From positions 4,047,632-4,092,190 of the forward strand of contig CP070695.1 of the NCBI GenBank assembly GCA_020353515.1: a DNA stretch of 44,559 bases. The letters are read 5' to 3'. The notes beneath the pieces were generated by a model, which saw nothing but the letters and a program-made list of their open reading frames with translations, ran no database searches and was not told where the DNA came from. A program made the translations under genes and the position numbers. The number at the start of each line of letters is the position of its first letter. Position 1 is the first letter of the stretch. Source of the DNA: Candidatus Heimdallarchaeota archaeon (GTDB lineage Archaea; Asgardarchaeota; Heimdallarchaeia; Hodarchaeales; Hodarchaeaceae). Shown piece after piece: positions 10,229 to 19,026 of this stretch.

Positions 10229-10825
10229 ATGGAATATCAAATCTTTCTTGCTGGAGTAGGAGGACAGGGAATACTTTCTGTGACAGATATAATATGTAAT
10301 GCCGCTGTGGACATGGGTTTTAAAGTTCATGGCTCGGAAACGCATGGTATGTCCCAAAGAGGTGGTAGCGTTTTTTCAAATGTACGCTTTGGGGATGTTT
10401 ATTCACCACTAATTATGGAACGGGATTCAGATATAATCCTTGCTTTTGAACCCACTGAAGCTTTACGATATGCTCATTTTATCAAACCTAATGGAATTTT
10501 TCTTGTTAACATTCATCCTATTCCCTCTCCTAGTTTCATTTTGACAAAAAGTAGCTATCCTGAAATAGAATCTATTATATCGGCTTTAAAAAATTTTAGT
10601 TCGAATATTATTGCATTTAATGCGACTAAGCTTGCATCTAACCTAGGAATGCCGATAGTTCAGAATATAGTTATGTTAGGAGCTCTATCCGTAGTACCTG
10701 AACTTCCCCTCTCTGTTGACTCCCTAAAAACAGCTTTAAAAAAGCAATTTAGGGCTAAACATTTCAAACTTAACCTACAGGCTTTTGAAGTTGGTCGTCA
10801 AGCTTATGAGAATAATCCCCCTTAA
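10229..10825 (+). CDS. iorB: Indolepyruvate:ferredoxin oxidoreductase beta subunit
   Basis: AGVGGQG, SETHGMSQRGGSVFSNVRFG, AFEPTEALR, NIVMLGAL, NLQAFEVG; AGGTGA SD. Confidence 0.95.
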   Translation: MEYQIFLAGVGGQGILSVTDIICNAAVDMGFKVHGSETHGMSQRGGSVFSNVRFGDVYSPLIMERDSDIILAFEPTEALRYAHFIKPNGIFLVNIHPIPSPSFILTKSSYPEIESIISALKNFSSNIIAFNATKLASNLGMPIVQNIVMLGALSVVPELPLSVDSLKTALKKQFRAKHFKLNLQAFEVGRQAYENNPP

Positions 10826-10890
10826 TTCCTCAGAGTTATTCTCCCCAATGTTATATATTAACTAAGGACACATCTCCAGAAGGTTATGAG

Positions 10891-12435
10891 TTGATTCAGA
10901 ACATTTTAGGACGAACTCTTCCTGAAAAGATATTTGGAATTGATGTTCTTCCTTATCAAGGTATTCATGCCTCTAGAACAAGAGGAAGAAGTCGTATTGG
11001 TACAAAATACCAACCTTATGTTGTTACGAGAGACACAAAACGATTTTATGACGATGTTGACCACTTATTAGGACATCATTTTCTTCGATTATTCGATGGT
11101 ATGTCAATTTCATTTCATCATATTCTACGGGAAGGAGATGGAGTAGTTTTACCTATTATTGATGCTTTCGCTTCTTACGGCATTAAAAATATTACACTTG
11201 CTTCTACAGCTTTGTTCCCAGTTCATTCACCTCTTTTGGAGCATATTGAGACTGGTGTTGTAGGACGAATTGAGGGCAGTATGAATGGGCCTATTGGTAG
11301 AGCATTATCAAGAGGAGAAGTAACTGTTCCAAGCATTCTTAGATCTCATGGTGGACGTGCGAGAGCTGTTCAAGAAGGCAGCTTACATATTGATGTAGCT
11401 TTTATAGCGGCATCCACAGCTGATTTTCTTGGTAATTTGACTGGAATAGAAGGTAAAAATGCATTTGGGAGTATGGGTTATCCTCTTGAAACAGATTCTC
11501 TGTATGCAGATGTTGTTATAGGAGTTACTGATACTGTTGTAGATAGGCCTCTAGAAAAGGTCAGTATCCCTTCTAGTCGTGTGGATGCGATTCTAGAAGT
11601 AGATTCAATAGGTGATCCAACAAAAATTACATCAGGGAGTTTACGCAGAAAATTATCACCTGCCCGTCTTGAAATTGCTGAAACTGCAGTTCAAGTGATG
11701 TATCATTCTGGATTTCTACAGCCAGGATTCAACTGGCAAGCAGGTGCAGGTGGGATGTCATTAGCAACCACAAAATACTTGAAAGATTTAATGATTGATA
11801 AAAATTTGGAAGGTAGCTATATTTTTGGTGGGATTGCAGGTAAATCAGTAGAGTTATTGGAAGATGGACTATTTAAAACAATCTATGACGCTCAATCTTT
11901 TGATTTAAAAGCAATTGAATCTCTTCAGAATAATCCAAATCATGTTGAAGTATCAATTGATCACGCATACAATCCTTTCAACAAAGGATGCATTGCCAAT
12001 AATACTGATTTTTCCGCTTTAGGGGCTACAGAAGTCGATGTAAACTTTAACGTTAATGTAAATACTTTTAGTGATGGTACTCTAAATTCTGGAATAGGGG
12101 GACATCAAGATGCCGCTAGAGCAAAGATTAGTATGATTTTATTGCCATTAGCACGTAAAGTACCTTGTATCATTGATGAAGTGGTCACGGTTTCTAGTCC
12201 AGGGGATTGTATAGATGTTATCGTAACAGATGGCGGGGTGGCGATAAATTCCAAAAGAAAAAAATTGAATAAACGATTAGAAGATGCTGGATTAAACATT
12301 CGTCCAATTGATGAACTGAAAGAAGAAGCAGTCAGTCAAAAGGAACCAATTGAAGCTAATTTGACAGATAACATAACAACCTTGGTAGAATATCGGGATG
12401 GTACTCATTTGGATGTTATTTATCAATTAGAATAA
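10891..12435 (+). CDS. citF: Citrate lyase alpha chain / citrate CoA-transferase
   Basis: DGMSISFHH-x2-REGD, RSHGGRARA, GSMGY, QAGAGGMSLA, LGATEVDVNFNVNV, GIGGHQDAA, VEYRDGTHLDVIYQ; 514 aa. Confidence 0.9.
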   Translation: MIQNILGRTLPEKIFGIDVLPYQGIHASRTRGRSRIGTKYQPYVVTRDTKRFYDDVDHLLGHHFLRLFDGMSISFHHILREGDGVVLPIIDAFASYGIKNITLASTALFPVHSPLLEHIETGVVGRIEGSMNGPIGRALSRGEVTVPSILRSHGGRARAVQEGSLHIDVAFIAASTADFLGNLTGIEGKNAFGSMGYPLETDSLYADVVIGVTDTVVDRPLEKVSIPSSRVDAILEVDSIGDPTKITSGSLRRKLSPARLEIAETAVQVMYHSGFLQPGFNWQAGAGGMSLATTKYLKDLMIDKNLEGSYIFGGIAGKSVELLEDGLFKTIYDAQSFDLKAIESLQNNPNHVEVSIDHAYNPFNKGCIANNTDFSALGATEVDVNFNVNVNTFSDGTLNSGIGGHQDAARAKISMILLPLARKVPCIIDEVVTVSSPGDCIDVIVTDGGVAINSKRKKLNKRLEDAGLNIRPIDELKEEAVSQKEPIEANLTDNITTLVEYRDGTHLDVIYQLE

Positions 12436-12443
12436 GTCTTTTT

Positions 12444-14585
12444 TTATGTGGGGATTTTTCTTGTTTTTTCTCCTTTATATACTGCTTCTGAGAAATTAAT
12501 CCTACGCATTTGGGGTTGAGAAGCGATCTCTTCGAAATAATGGGCAGATAAACCAGCTATCCGTCCATATATAAACACTGCTTTGGCAAGTATTGGATTA
12601 AGACCCATGTCTGCAATTATGGCACCAATAACTCCATCAACATTAATGGGGAGATTTATCCCACGTACCCTCTTGAATATGTCTGTAACAATTTTTGAAA
12701 TCTCAACACATTCGCCTGCTATTCCTGCGTGTTTTGCTTTAATCCACAAAACATCGCGTCGAGGATCACGAGTATGATATCGATGCCCTAAACCTTGAAT
12801 TCTTTTCCCTTCCTTCATATAAAGACTAATATTTTCATGAACAGCGTCTGAAAGTTCAAGGTTTTTCTCTCTCGCTAATTTAGTACATTTCTGAAAAAAT
12901 TGTGCAGCTTTTGCTCCTGCTCCTCCATGAACGTCCGTAATCGCACTAACTCCTTGAGCAACAGATACTTCATAAGCAGCTCTTACTGTTGCAGCAATGA
13001 TCGTTGCCTGAGCTGATGGTGGTGTTACTCCATGATCAACGCTAGCTACTATCATTGCTTCAAGTAAACTTGCTTTCTTTTCATCTACAACGGAGTGTCC
13101 AGTAAGAACCTGATATACAATATGCGAGAATGGTTGTTCTGTGTCAATATTCTCCAGAATATCTTTATTCCCTAGTATTGCCGCTAAATATCCAGCCACA
13201 CGGCCCAAACAAAACATCAATTGGTTTGGAGGATTCTTACTTTGTTGAATGCAGTAATTAGTCAATATTTCATCCAATAGCAGAGATTTAGCAATTGTTT
13301 TCGAAATGTCTTCATGTTCAGTAATATGTACTTCAGGGACGGGGAGCTTAGTAGCTCTCAAGGCAATCTGTTCTAAATCCTTGATCTGTTCTGTATCTGG
13401 AAAATTTCCCTTTACAAGAAGGTAAGCTGTTTCAACAAAGGATTTCTTTTTTATTATACTTTTTAGGGGGTATCCTGCTATAATTAAATTATTTGGTTGA
13501 ACATTAGTGATAAGAGTAGCCCATCCAACTTTTTTAGGGGGTTCCTCCCATGTTTTTGTCATTTTTTCCTGATATCTTTCAACGCTAAAATATTTCCAAC
13601 CTTGTAAAATCTCCTTGACTGTGTCAACTAATTCATATTGACTATTAACAACTGTCACTCCTGCTTTCTCAAAAGCTTCTTTTTTTGTTTCAAAAGTGCC
13701 ATAATTCTGACCAGGAGTAATAATAGCTCCAGCATGTCCCATTGTCTTTCCTGTAGGTGCATTTGCTCCAGAAATTAACGCGACAATTGGTATTGGATAT
13801 TTTTTTGGATTAGCAGAGATATCATTGGCAAGAAGTTCTTCTTGACTTCCACCAATCTCTCCAGCGACCACGATGAGATCTGTATTTGGATATTGCTGAA
13901 TAAGTGGGACAATATCTAGGAATCTTGTACCAATTGCCCCATCTCCTCCTATTCCTAAAACAGCATTTTGGGCAATACCAGCACTTGCCAGGGCATCTGA
14001 TAGATGATAAAGAATAGCACCGCTCCTAGAAATAATTGTAACTCCCCGGGGTCCAAATTGGCCTTCACTTTTTTCTTCAGGGTAAAAGATATCAGGAAGC
14101 ATCCCGATTTTTATTCCTTCGGGTGGAAAAATTATCCCTGGTGTGTTTCCACCAAAAAGTAAGGTGTTGTGTTTTCTTGCTGCAACAACTATATCTCTAA
14201 CATCTTTTAAGGGAATACCCTCACTAATCAAGACTACTATGGGGATTCCTGACTCAATGACTTCAATAGCTACATCTCTCACTCCCGAATAATGCCTCCA
14301 GATGCTTGCTACTGCAATATTCGGATGTTCTTTAAGACACTCTTTGACTCTGTCATAAACAGGAATTACTTCATGAATTCGGGTGCCACCTCGTCCTACT
14401 GAAACTCCAGCTGTTACATTAGTCCCAAAATCTCTCATCAAACCTGCATGCTTTGTACCTTGACTTCCGAGGCCAATGATTACTGTTTCAATCTTCTTAG
14501 TTTTTTGAATATAAGAAGCAATTTCTGGTCGTATTTGTTTGATAAGGTGATACAATACACCTTGGTCTACTGAAATCCTTTTCAT
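12444..14585 (-). CDS. ATP-citrate-lyase alpha-like fusion: SucD-like CoA-binding/phospho-His module plus a citryl-CoA lyase/citrate synthase-like module
   Basis: N-terminal half: ISEGIP, GGNTPGII, ISRSG, GIGGD, GEIGG, GKTMGHAGA (phospho-His284). C-terminal half: DHGVTPPS, HGGAG, GLGHRYHTRDPR, PINVDG, GRIAGLSAHYFEE. Confidence 0.85.
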   Translation of the reverse strand: MKRISVDQGVLYHLIKQIRPEIASYIQKTKKIETVIIGLGSQGTKHAGLMRDFGTNVTAGVSVGRGGTRIHEVIPVYDRVKECLKEHPNIAVASIWRHYSGVRDVAIEVIESGIPIVVLISEGIPLKDVRDIVVAARKHNTLLFGGNTPGIIFPPEGIKIGMLPDIFYPEEKSEGQFGPRGVTIISRSGAILYHLSDALASAGIAQNAVLGIGGDGAIGTRFLDIVPLIQQYPNTDLIVVAGEIGGSQEELLANDISANPKKYPIPIVALISGANAPTGKTMGHAGAIITPGQNYGTFETKKEAFEKAGVTVVNSQYELVDTVKEILQGWKYFSVERYQEKMTKTWEEPPKKVGWATLITNVQPNNLIIAGYPLKSIIKKKSFVETAYLLVKGNFPDTEQIKDLEQIALRATKLPVPEVHITEHEDISKTIAKSLLLDEILTNYCIQQSKNPPNQLMFCLGRVAGYLAAILGNKDILENIDTEQPFSHIVYQVLTGHSVVDEKKASLLEAMIVASVDHGVTPPSAQATIIAATVRAAYEVSVAQGVSAITDVHGGAGAKAAQFFQKCTKLAREKNLELSDAVHENISLYMKEGKRIQGLGHRYHTRDPRRDVLWIKAKHAGIAGECVEISKIVTDIFKRVRGINLPINVDGVIGAIIADMGLNPILAKAVFIYGRIAGLSAHYFEEIASQPQMRRINFSEAVYKGEKTRKIPT

Positions 14586-15868
14586 GCCGATGCCTCCTTC
14601 TTAATCTCGAACCCTCTTTTGATTCCTTCCTTAATCACATCAGCCATGATTTGTTCATTCCCAACAACAATCTCCATCATCTGTAAAGCCTTGGGGGTCT
14701 CATTTTTAGCTTTTTCAAGATAATTTTTAGCTGATGGTAGGTCAGTTCCTACCATTCTACCGTAAACTGGAATTAAACGTTGGTTGTTACGATGACGCTC
14801 TCTGAAAGCTTGAATTAACCCTCTGATAAACACATCACAGCTGGATATGCCTCCAAACCTCGATGTAATTATAATGTCAGTCAGAGGATAATCCATGAGG
14901 AGATGGAACATTTGAGCTACTCGATTTTGTGGGGGTCCTCCTCCACTATCCATAAAATTTATCGGAACTACTTTCCCATCAAAGAATTTATTACCAATGT
15001 TCATAACTTCATCTATAGAGAAAATTCCGTAACCTGCTCCCCCTGGAACAATACCCACGTATAGTTTATCTTTCTCCTTTGTTACATCAGGAGGAAGTAA
15101 ATCGACATATGGAAATCCTTGGTTATATGCCTGTTCTTCATTAGGAGTTGGTTCAGCAACATCATGTCGCTTACTGGTAATTCCTAAAGATTCTAGAAGC
15201 TTACTTTGTCTGTATAAACCGTTATCATCTAAAACTATTTTCGCATCTGCCGCAACAATATTATCAGGTGTTATTATTACAGGATTAATCTCACAAAGTT
15301 TTGCATCAATATCTTGATACGTTCGATAAACCTTATTGATAATTATAGCAAGAATTTCTTTCTGTTTACTAGATAATTGCAGATCCTGAGCAAGTATGTC
15401 TGTAATTTCTTTTATGATGTTATTCTGTAATGAACGATCATTGTTGACTATCTCCCTCTTTATAATCGCTTCAGGCCGAGTTTGTGCAACTTCCTCAATA
15501 TCTACACCTCCAGAGGCACTAACAATAAGCACATTATTGAATGTATTCGGATCTGTTGTTACTCCCAAGTAACAGGCTCCATGTTCTTCAACAGCTTCCT
15601 CAAAAAACACTGTTTGGACTGGGTGTTCCTTAATCCTCAATTTCAGAAGCTCTTCAGTAATGTTGATGGCTTCCTTTAACGAGTTGACTTTTTTTATTCC
15701 CCCTGCTTTTCCTCGTCCCCCAATCAGAACAGCAGCTTTCGCCATCACAGGGAATTTTAAGTCAAGCTTTTCAATTTCATTAATAGAATGAACAACTCCA
15801 AATTGCTTTGGAATAGGAATACCACTCTGTTCAAAAACTCTCTTCGATTCATGTTCATAGAGTCTCAA
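14582..15868 (-). CDS. ATP-grasp ADP-forming CoA ligase beta subunit (SucC/AclB family), partner of the fusion protein
   Basis: MRLYEHESK, KAAVLIGGRGKAGGI, SASGGVDIEEVA, EINP-x9-AADAK, NFMDSGGG, FGGISSCD. TTG start with GGAGA SD; 4-bp ATGA overlap with the alpha gene. Confidence 0.88.
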   Translation of the reverse strand: MRLYEHESKRVFEQSGIPIPKQFGVVHSINEIEKLDLKFPVMAKAAVLIGGRGKAGGIKKVNSLKEAINITEELLKLRIKEHPVQTVFFEEAVEEHGACYLGVTTDPNTFNNVLIVSASGGVDIEEVAQTRPEAIIKREIVNNDRSLQNNIIKEITDILAQDLQLSSKQKEILAIIINKVYRTYQDIDAKLCEINPVIITPDNIVAADAKIVLDDNGLYRQSKLLESLGITSKRHDVAEPTPNEEQAYNQGFPYVDLLPPDVTKEKDKLYVGIVPGGAGYGIFSIDEVMNIGNKFFDGKVVPINFMDSGGGPPQNRVAQMFHLLMDYPLTDIIITSRFGGISSCDVFIRGLIQAFRERHRNNQRLIPVYGRMVGTDLPSAKNYLEKAKNETPKALQMMEIVVGNEQIMADVIKEGIKRGFEIKKEASA

Positions 15869-16180
15869 TTTGGATTCTCCTAATATTCATGAAGCCTTGT
15901 ATGTGAAAAAGAACAACGTAATGAGGTTATACGTATTTTGGGATGTTCATTCTAAGAAAAAAATGTCTGGTTTTATCCTTTTTTTTTTTAATAACTAAAA
16001 TACCAAATTAGGGGTTTAGATTCTAATTACTTCAAATCAAATTTAAGAATTGATTTTCTTTGATATTATCCCGAATAAAAATAAGTGGATCTTCAGTTAC
16101 TTAATCAAGTATGATACGATGACTCTCAGTTTTCCAAGTTTTTCCTATGCAAAGCTTCCTTCCAGAAAGAGTTTCTGTAT

Positions 16181-16795
16181 TCATTTTGTTAAAAATAATC
16201 GTTGTTCCCATTCATCAATTGCCTCGTGAATATTCTCCAAATATTTCACTTTTTTAGCTCGAACTTCTCGATTGAAGCTTGCAATATCATAAAGCAATCG
16301 AGAGGATTGACTGGTTTCTGAAAGCGCATCCCTAAACTGGTCAATGAATTCAGGAATTCTTTCAGGAGATTTTTCCCAGAAATTTGACACATTCTCCCGC
16401 AATGACTGAATCATAATCCGTAGATCTCCGACTTCAGACACAGTGATTAAAGTACTTGCTCTCTCTTGAATTCTCTCTTTTATCTGTTGAATGAGACGTG
16501 CAACAGCCTCGTTGCGATTTTTAACAATTCCTGATGTAATCCAACCTTCAACAACTACTTCAATCAGCTGAAAAACGGCTGCGTCCTCATTACCTTGTAT
16601 TTCTGGAAGGTATTGAAATAACCCTAATTTTGTGATAACAAAACGAAAGTTCGAACCGAGATATTTACGTTCATGAGGAGTGAACTCAATACGCTTAAGC
16701 ATTTCTCGGAAATCCTTAACTGTTTGCCTCCCTGAGATAAAATCTATTGTTAAATTGGGCTTAATTTTCTCACAAACCTGATCGACAACTTTCAT
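16181..16795 (-). CDS. Hypothetical helical protein with a possible RHH-like central segment
   Basis: 204-aa ORF with GGGTGG SD. VEGWITSGIVKNRNEAVARLIQ loosely resembles the helix-turn-helix part of CopG/RHH proteins. Confidence 0.6.
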   Translation of the reverse strand: MKVVDQVCEKIKPNLTIDFISGRQTVKDFREMLKRIEFTPHERKYLGSNFRFVITKLGLFQYLPEIQGNEDAAVFQLIEVVVEGWITSGIVKNRNEAVARLIQQIKERIQERASTLITVSEVGDLRIMIQSLRENVSNFWEKSPERIPEFIDQFRDALSETSQSSRLLYDIASFNREVRAKKVKYLENIHEAIDEWEQRLFLTK

Positions 16796-17083
16796 TTATT
16801 ACCACCCTGGATTATTCATCAAATTAAAACTTAATATTCAACTGTGTTATCCAGATTATATGTTTGCAACAATATCTATGTAAAAAAGATTTCTAATTCA
16901 AGTCATTTACCTAAAATATAACATTCTTTCTTATGCAAATCTTCAGAGGATTAATCGAAATGTGAAAAATCTCGAATCAAAAGAAAAAAAAGTTGGAATA
17001 AGCCTCCCCTAGAATTTTTATAGAGTGTTCTCTCTTTCTCTTAACGGATGAAATCCAAATTACCCTAGCAAATCAAAAAAGTA

Positions 17084-17362
17084 CTAGATTTTTGTAATAG
17101 TAATTTCTATCGCGCTAACGTTTGATAGATTTCCTTCGCGTGTTTCGATTTGTTCAGTATCTATCTGAATATCTGTAACATCGACACGATCTTTCATAAA
17201 CCTGCGTCTTAGGACTTCAGCAACATCTACAGCTCGGCTAATCGCTCTACCTCGGGCTTTTAGGACAATTGCTTCAGCATCACGATTAAATTGTGTCACA
17301 CATGCCATTACATAAGCAGTTACTGGTTTATTTCCGATGAAAACAGTATTTTCCTCTGCCAA
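17084..17362 (-). CDS. albA: DNA/RNA-binding chromatin protein Alba
   Basis: [37 protein letters not shown]; TTG start with GGAGAG SD. Confidence 0.97.
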   Translation of the reverse strand: MAEENTVFIGNKPVTAYVMACVTQFNRDAEAIVLKARGRAISRAVDVAEVLRRRFMKDRVDVTDIQIDTEQIETREGNLSNVSAIEITITKI

Positions 17363-17453
17363 AATTGCTACTCTCCTTGTAATTCTCTTTGTAGTTCAAT
17401 GTTTTCCAGTTTTTTCTTTGTATCACTGAGATGTGATTATCCAATTATACCTG

Positions 17454-17467
17454 TCAAGTTGACTTGA
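17454..17467. promoter_or_regulatory. Palindrome TCAAGT-N2-ACTTGA upstream of alba (possible operator)
   Basis: Perfect 6+6 inverted repeat about 92 bp upstream of the alba start; function unverified. Confidence 0.25.
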
Positions 17468-17560
17468 AAAATGTTTCTAGGTTTATATTGTTACTCAAAC
17501 ACTGTTTATTTCCCGAGTACATCTATTCAGTGTCAATATATAGTTAATGAGTAGAAAATT

Positions 17561-18223
17561 TCAAAGAGGATCTTCCTGAATACCTGTAAAATATCCAAAA
17601 AGGTTGGCAGCAATGTGTACAATGAAGGTTATGGGAACTTGGACAATAAGATATTCTATGGACCATGGAATCAAAGGATATACGAGAAGCATGCCAAGGA
17701 CTAAGAATCCAAGTTGATCTAAGAAAATAAATGGGTGACCTCTTTCAATACCACTACGGCGTTTAATAAAAGATCCAATTAAGTCTCCAATTAAACCTCC
17801 AAAAGCCATTAATCCTCCAGTAAAGAAACCTAAGAACACTGTATTGGAAAAAAGCCCTCGGAGATTGAAAGCGGATAGAAAATTGTACAGAATTCCTGTT
17901 TCTAATAAATCTTGGTAAACTAATCTTAAAATGAGATTATCATTTAAAAAAATCGGGGTTGGAAGGAAAGAGCTCAACCATGCAATTAAACCAGCAATAA
18001 ATCCCCCTATAATTCCTCCAACGAGTGTACCAGCCCAAAATCCTCGGATAGTCTTTCCATCCCCTAAAACTCTCTTTCCATCCCTCCAATACCTTCCTCC
18101 ATCAATTGGTGCACCTCCTCCTAGGATAGTGGGAGCAGCATTCCCAAACCATAACGGTAGAACGAATATGGTGCTATCAAGGATCACTTGGATTAAACTT
18201 TCAGCCAAATTATATAATCCCAA
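17561..18223 (-). CDS. carS: CDP-2,3-bis-(O-geranylgeranyl)-sn-glycerol (CDP-archaeol) synthase
   Basis: NAAP-x6-PIDGG, DGKRVLGDGKTIRG, GDLIGSFIKRR, LDQLGF, H-x3-N. Several TM segments, with an internal extension relative to typical ~165-aa CarS. Confidence 0.92.
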   Translation of the reverse strand: MGLYNLAESLIQVILDSTIFVLPLWFGNAAPTILGGGAPIDGGRYWRDGKRVLGDGKTIRGFWAGTLVGGIIGGFIAGLIAWLSSFLPTPIFLNDNLILRLVYQDLLETGILYNFLSAFNLRGLFSNTVFLGFFTGGLMAFGGLIGDLIGSFIKRRSGIERGHPFIFLDQLGFLVLGMLLVYPLIPWSIEYLIVQVPITFIVHIAANLFGYFTGIQEDPL

Positions 18224-18319
18224 CTATATAAGCTGAAACAAGAAGAAATATCTCATACCTTATTTAATAAATCTTATTTGGTGTGTTCTTACACCGATAT
18301 TATTACCTTTTTCAATTTG

Positions 18320-18399
18320 ACGGATTTTTTATTTTATTTTTTTTTTATTAGTATTTTCTTCATATCTGAGAGAAAAGCCTTCGAAACGGATTTTTTATT
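18320..18399. repeat. 14-bp direct repeat ACGGATTTTTTATT (two copies)
   Basis: Copies at 18320-18333 and 18386-18399, in the intergenic region upstream of carS. Confidence 0.5.
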
Positions 18400-18400
18400 A

Positions 18401-18928
18401 CTATATCATATTCACATCTATGTAGATTCTTTCATCTCCACCGATAATCTCCCCTTTAGCTAAATAAAATGTTAAATGGGTTTTATTATCGTTGGTAACG
18501 CTATATGAATTTGATTCTACTGAGTGAATCATCCCAATTTGCGTCTTCCAGCATGAAATGGCTGGATAAGGCAGTTTTTCTGGCTTTGCATACAAATGGA
18601 TTTCATTCAGGTTTTTTCTGAATTTGTAAGGTTGAGACAGTATTTTAAACATAATAAAAGGAAAAATAGGATTATTTTCCTGGAATTCTAAGATAGAATT
18701 TTGAATAATCATCTGAACTTTCTGATTATTGATGAAGAGATCATCTTGATCAATCCAATATTGTAAATTCGTTTGAACTGCTTCTAATTCTCCTTTACTT
18801 GCCCCTGTATTCTTTAAGTGGAAATAATTCTTCGATGGATCATGGTAATAAAAATATAGGTTTTGATGAATCTGAGATGGAGTAATTCGGAAATGAGTTT
18901 CAACGAATATTGGTTTTTCTCTTACCAT
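18401..18928 (-). CDS. Hypothetical protein
   Basis: 175-aa ORF, ATG with AAGGTG SD; no family recognised. Confidence 0.6.
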   Translation of the reverse strand: MVREKPIFVETHFRITPSQIHQNLYFYYHDPSKNYFHLKNTGASKGELEAVQTNLQYWIDQDDLFINNQKVQMIIQNSILEFQENNPIFPFIMFKILSQPYKFRKNLNEIHLYAKPEKLPYPAISCWKTQIGMIHSVESNSYSVTNDNKTHLTFYLAKGEIIGGDERIYIDVNMI

Positions 18929-19026
18929 TACACGTTCACCTTGGTCTTCCCAGAATTAAGTACTCCAACTTTCATACATATTGAAAATTTAAATATTAAA
19001 TTATTTTCTACTAGACTTGAAATATA

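Noticed and set aside
1198-17021. Identical 14-mer CCTAGAATTTTTAT at 1198-1211 and 17008-17021
   Set aside because: Only two low-complexity copies, in inconsistent positions relative to genes; cannot be distinguished from chance.
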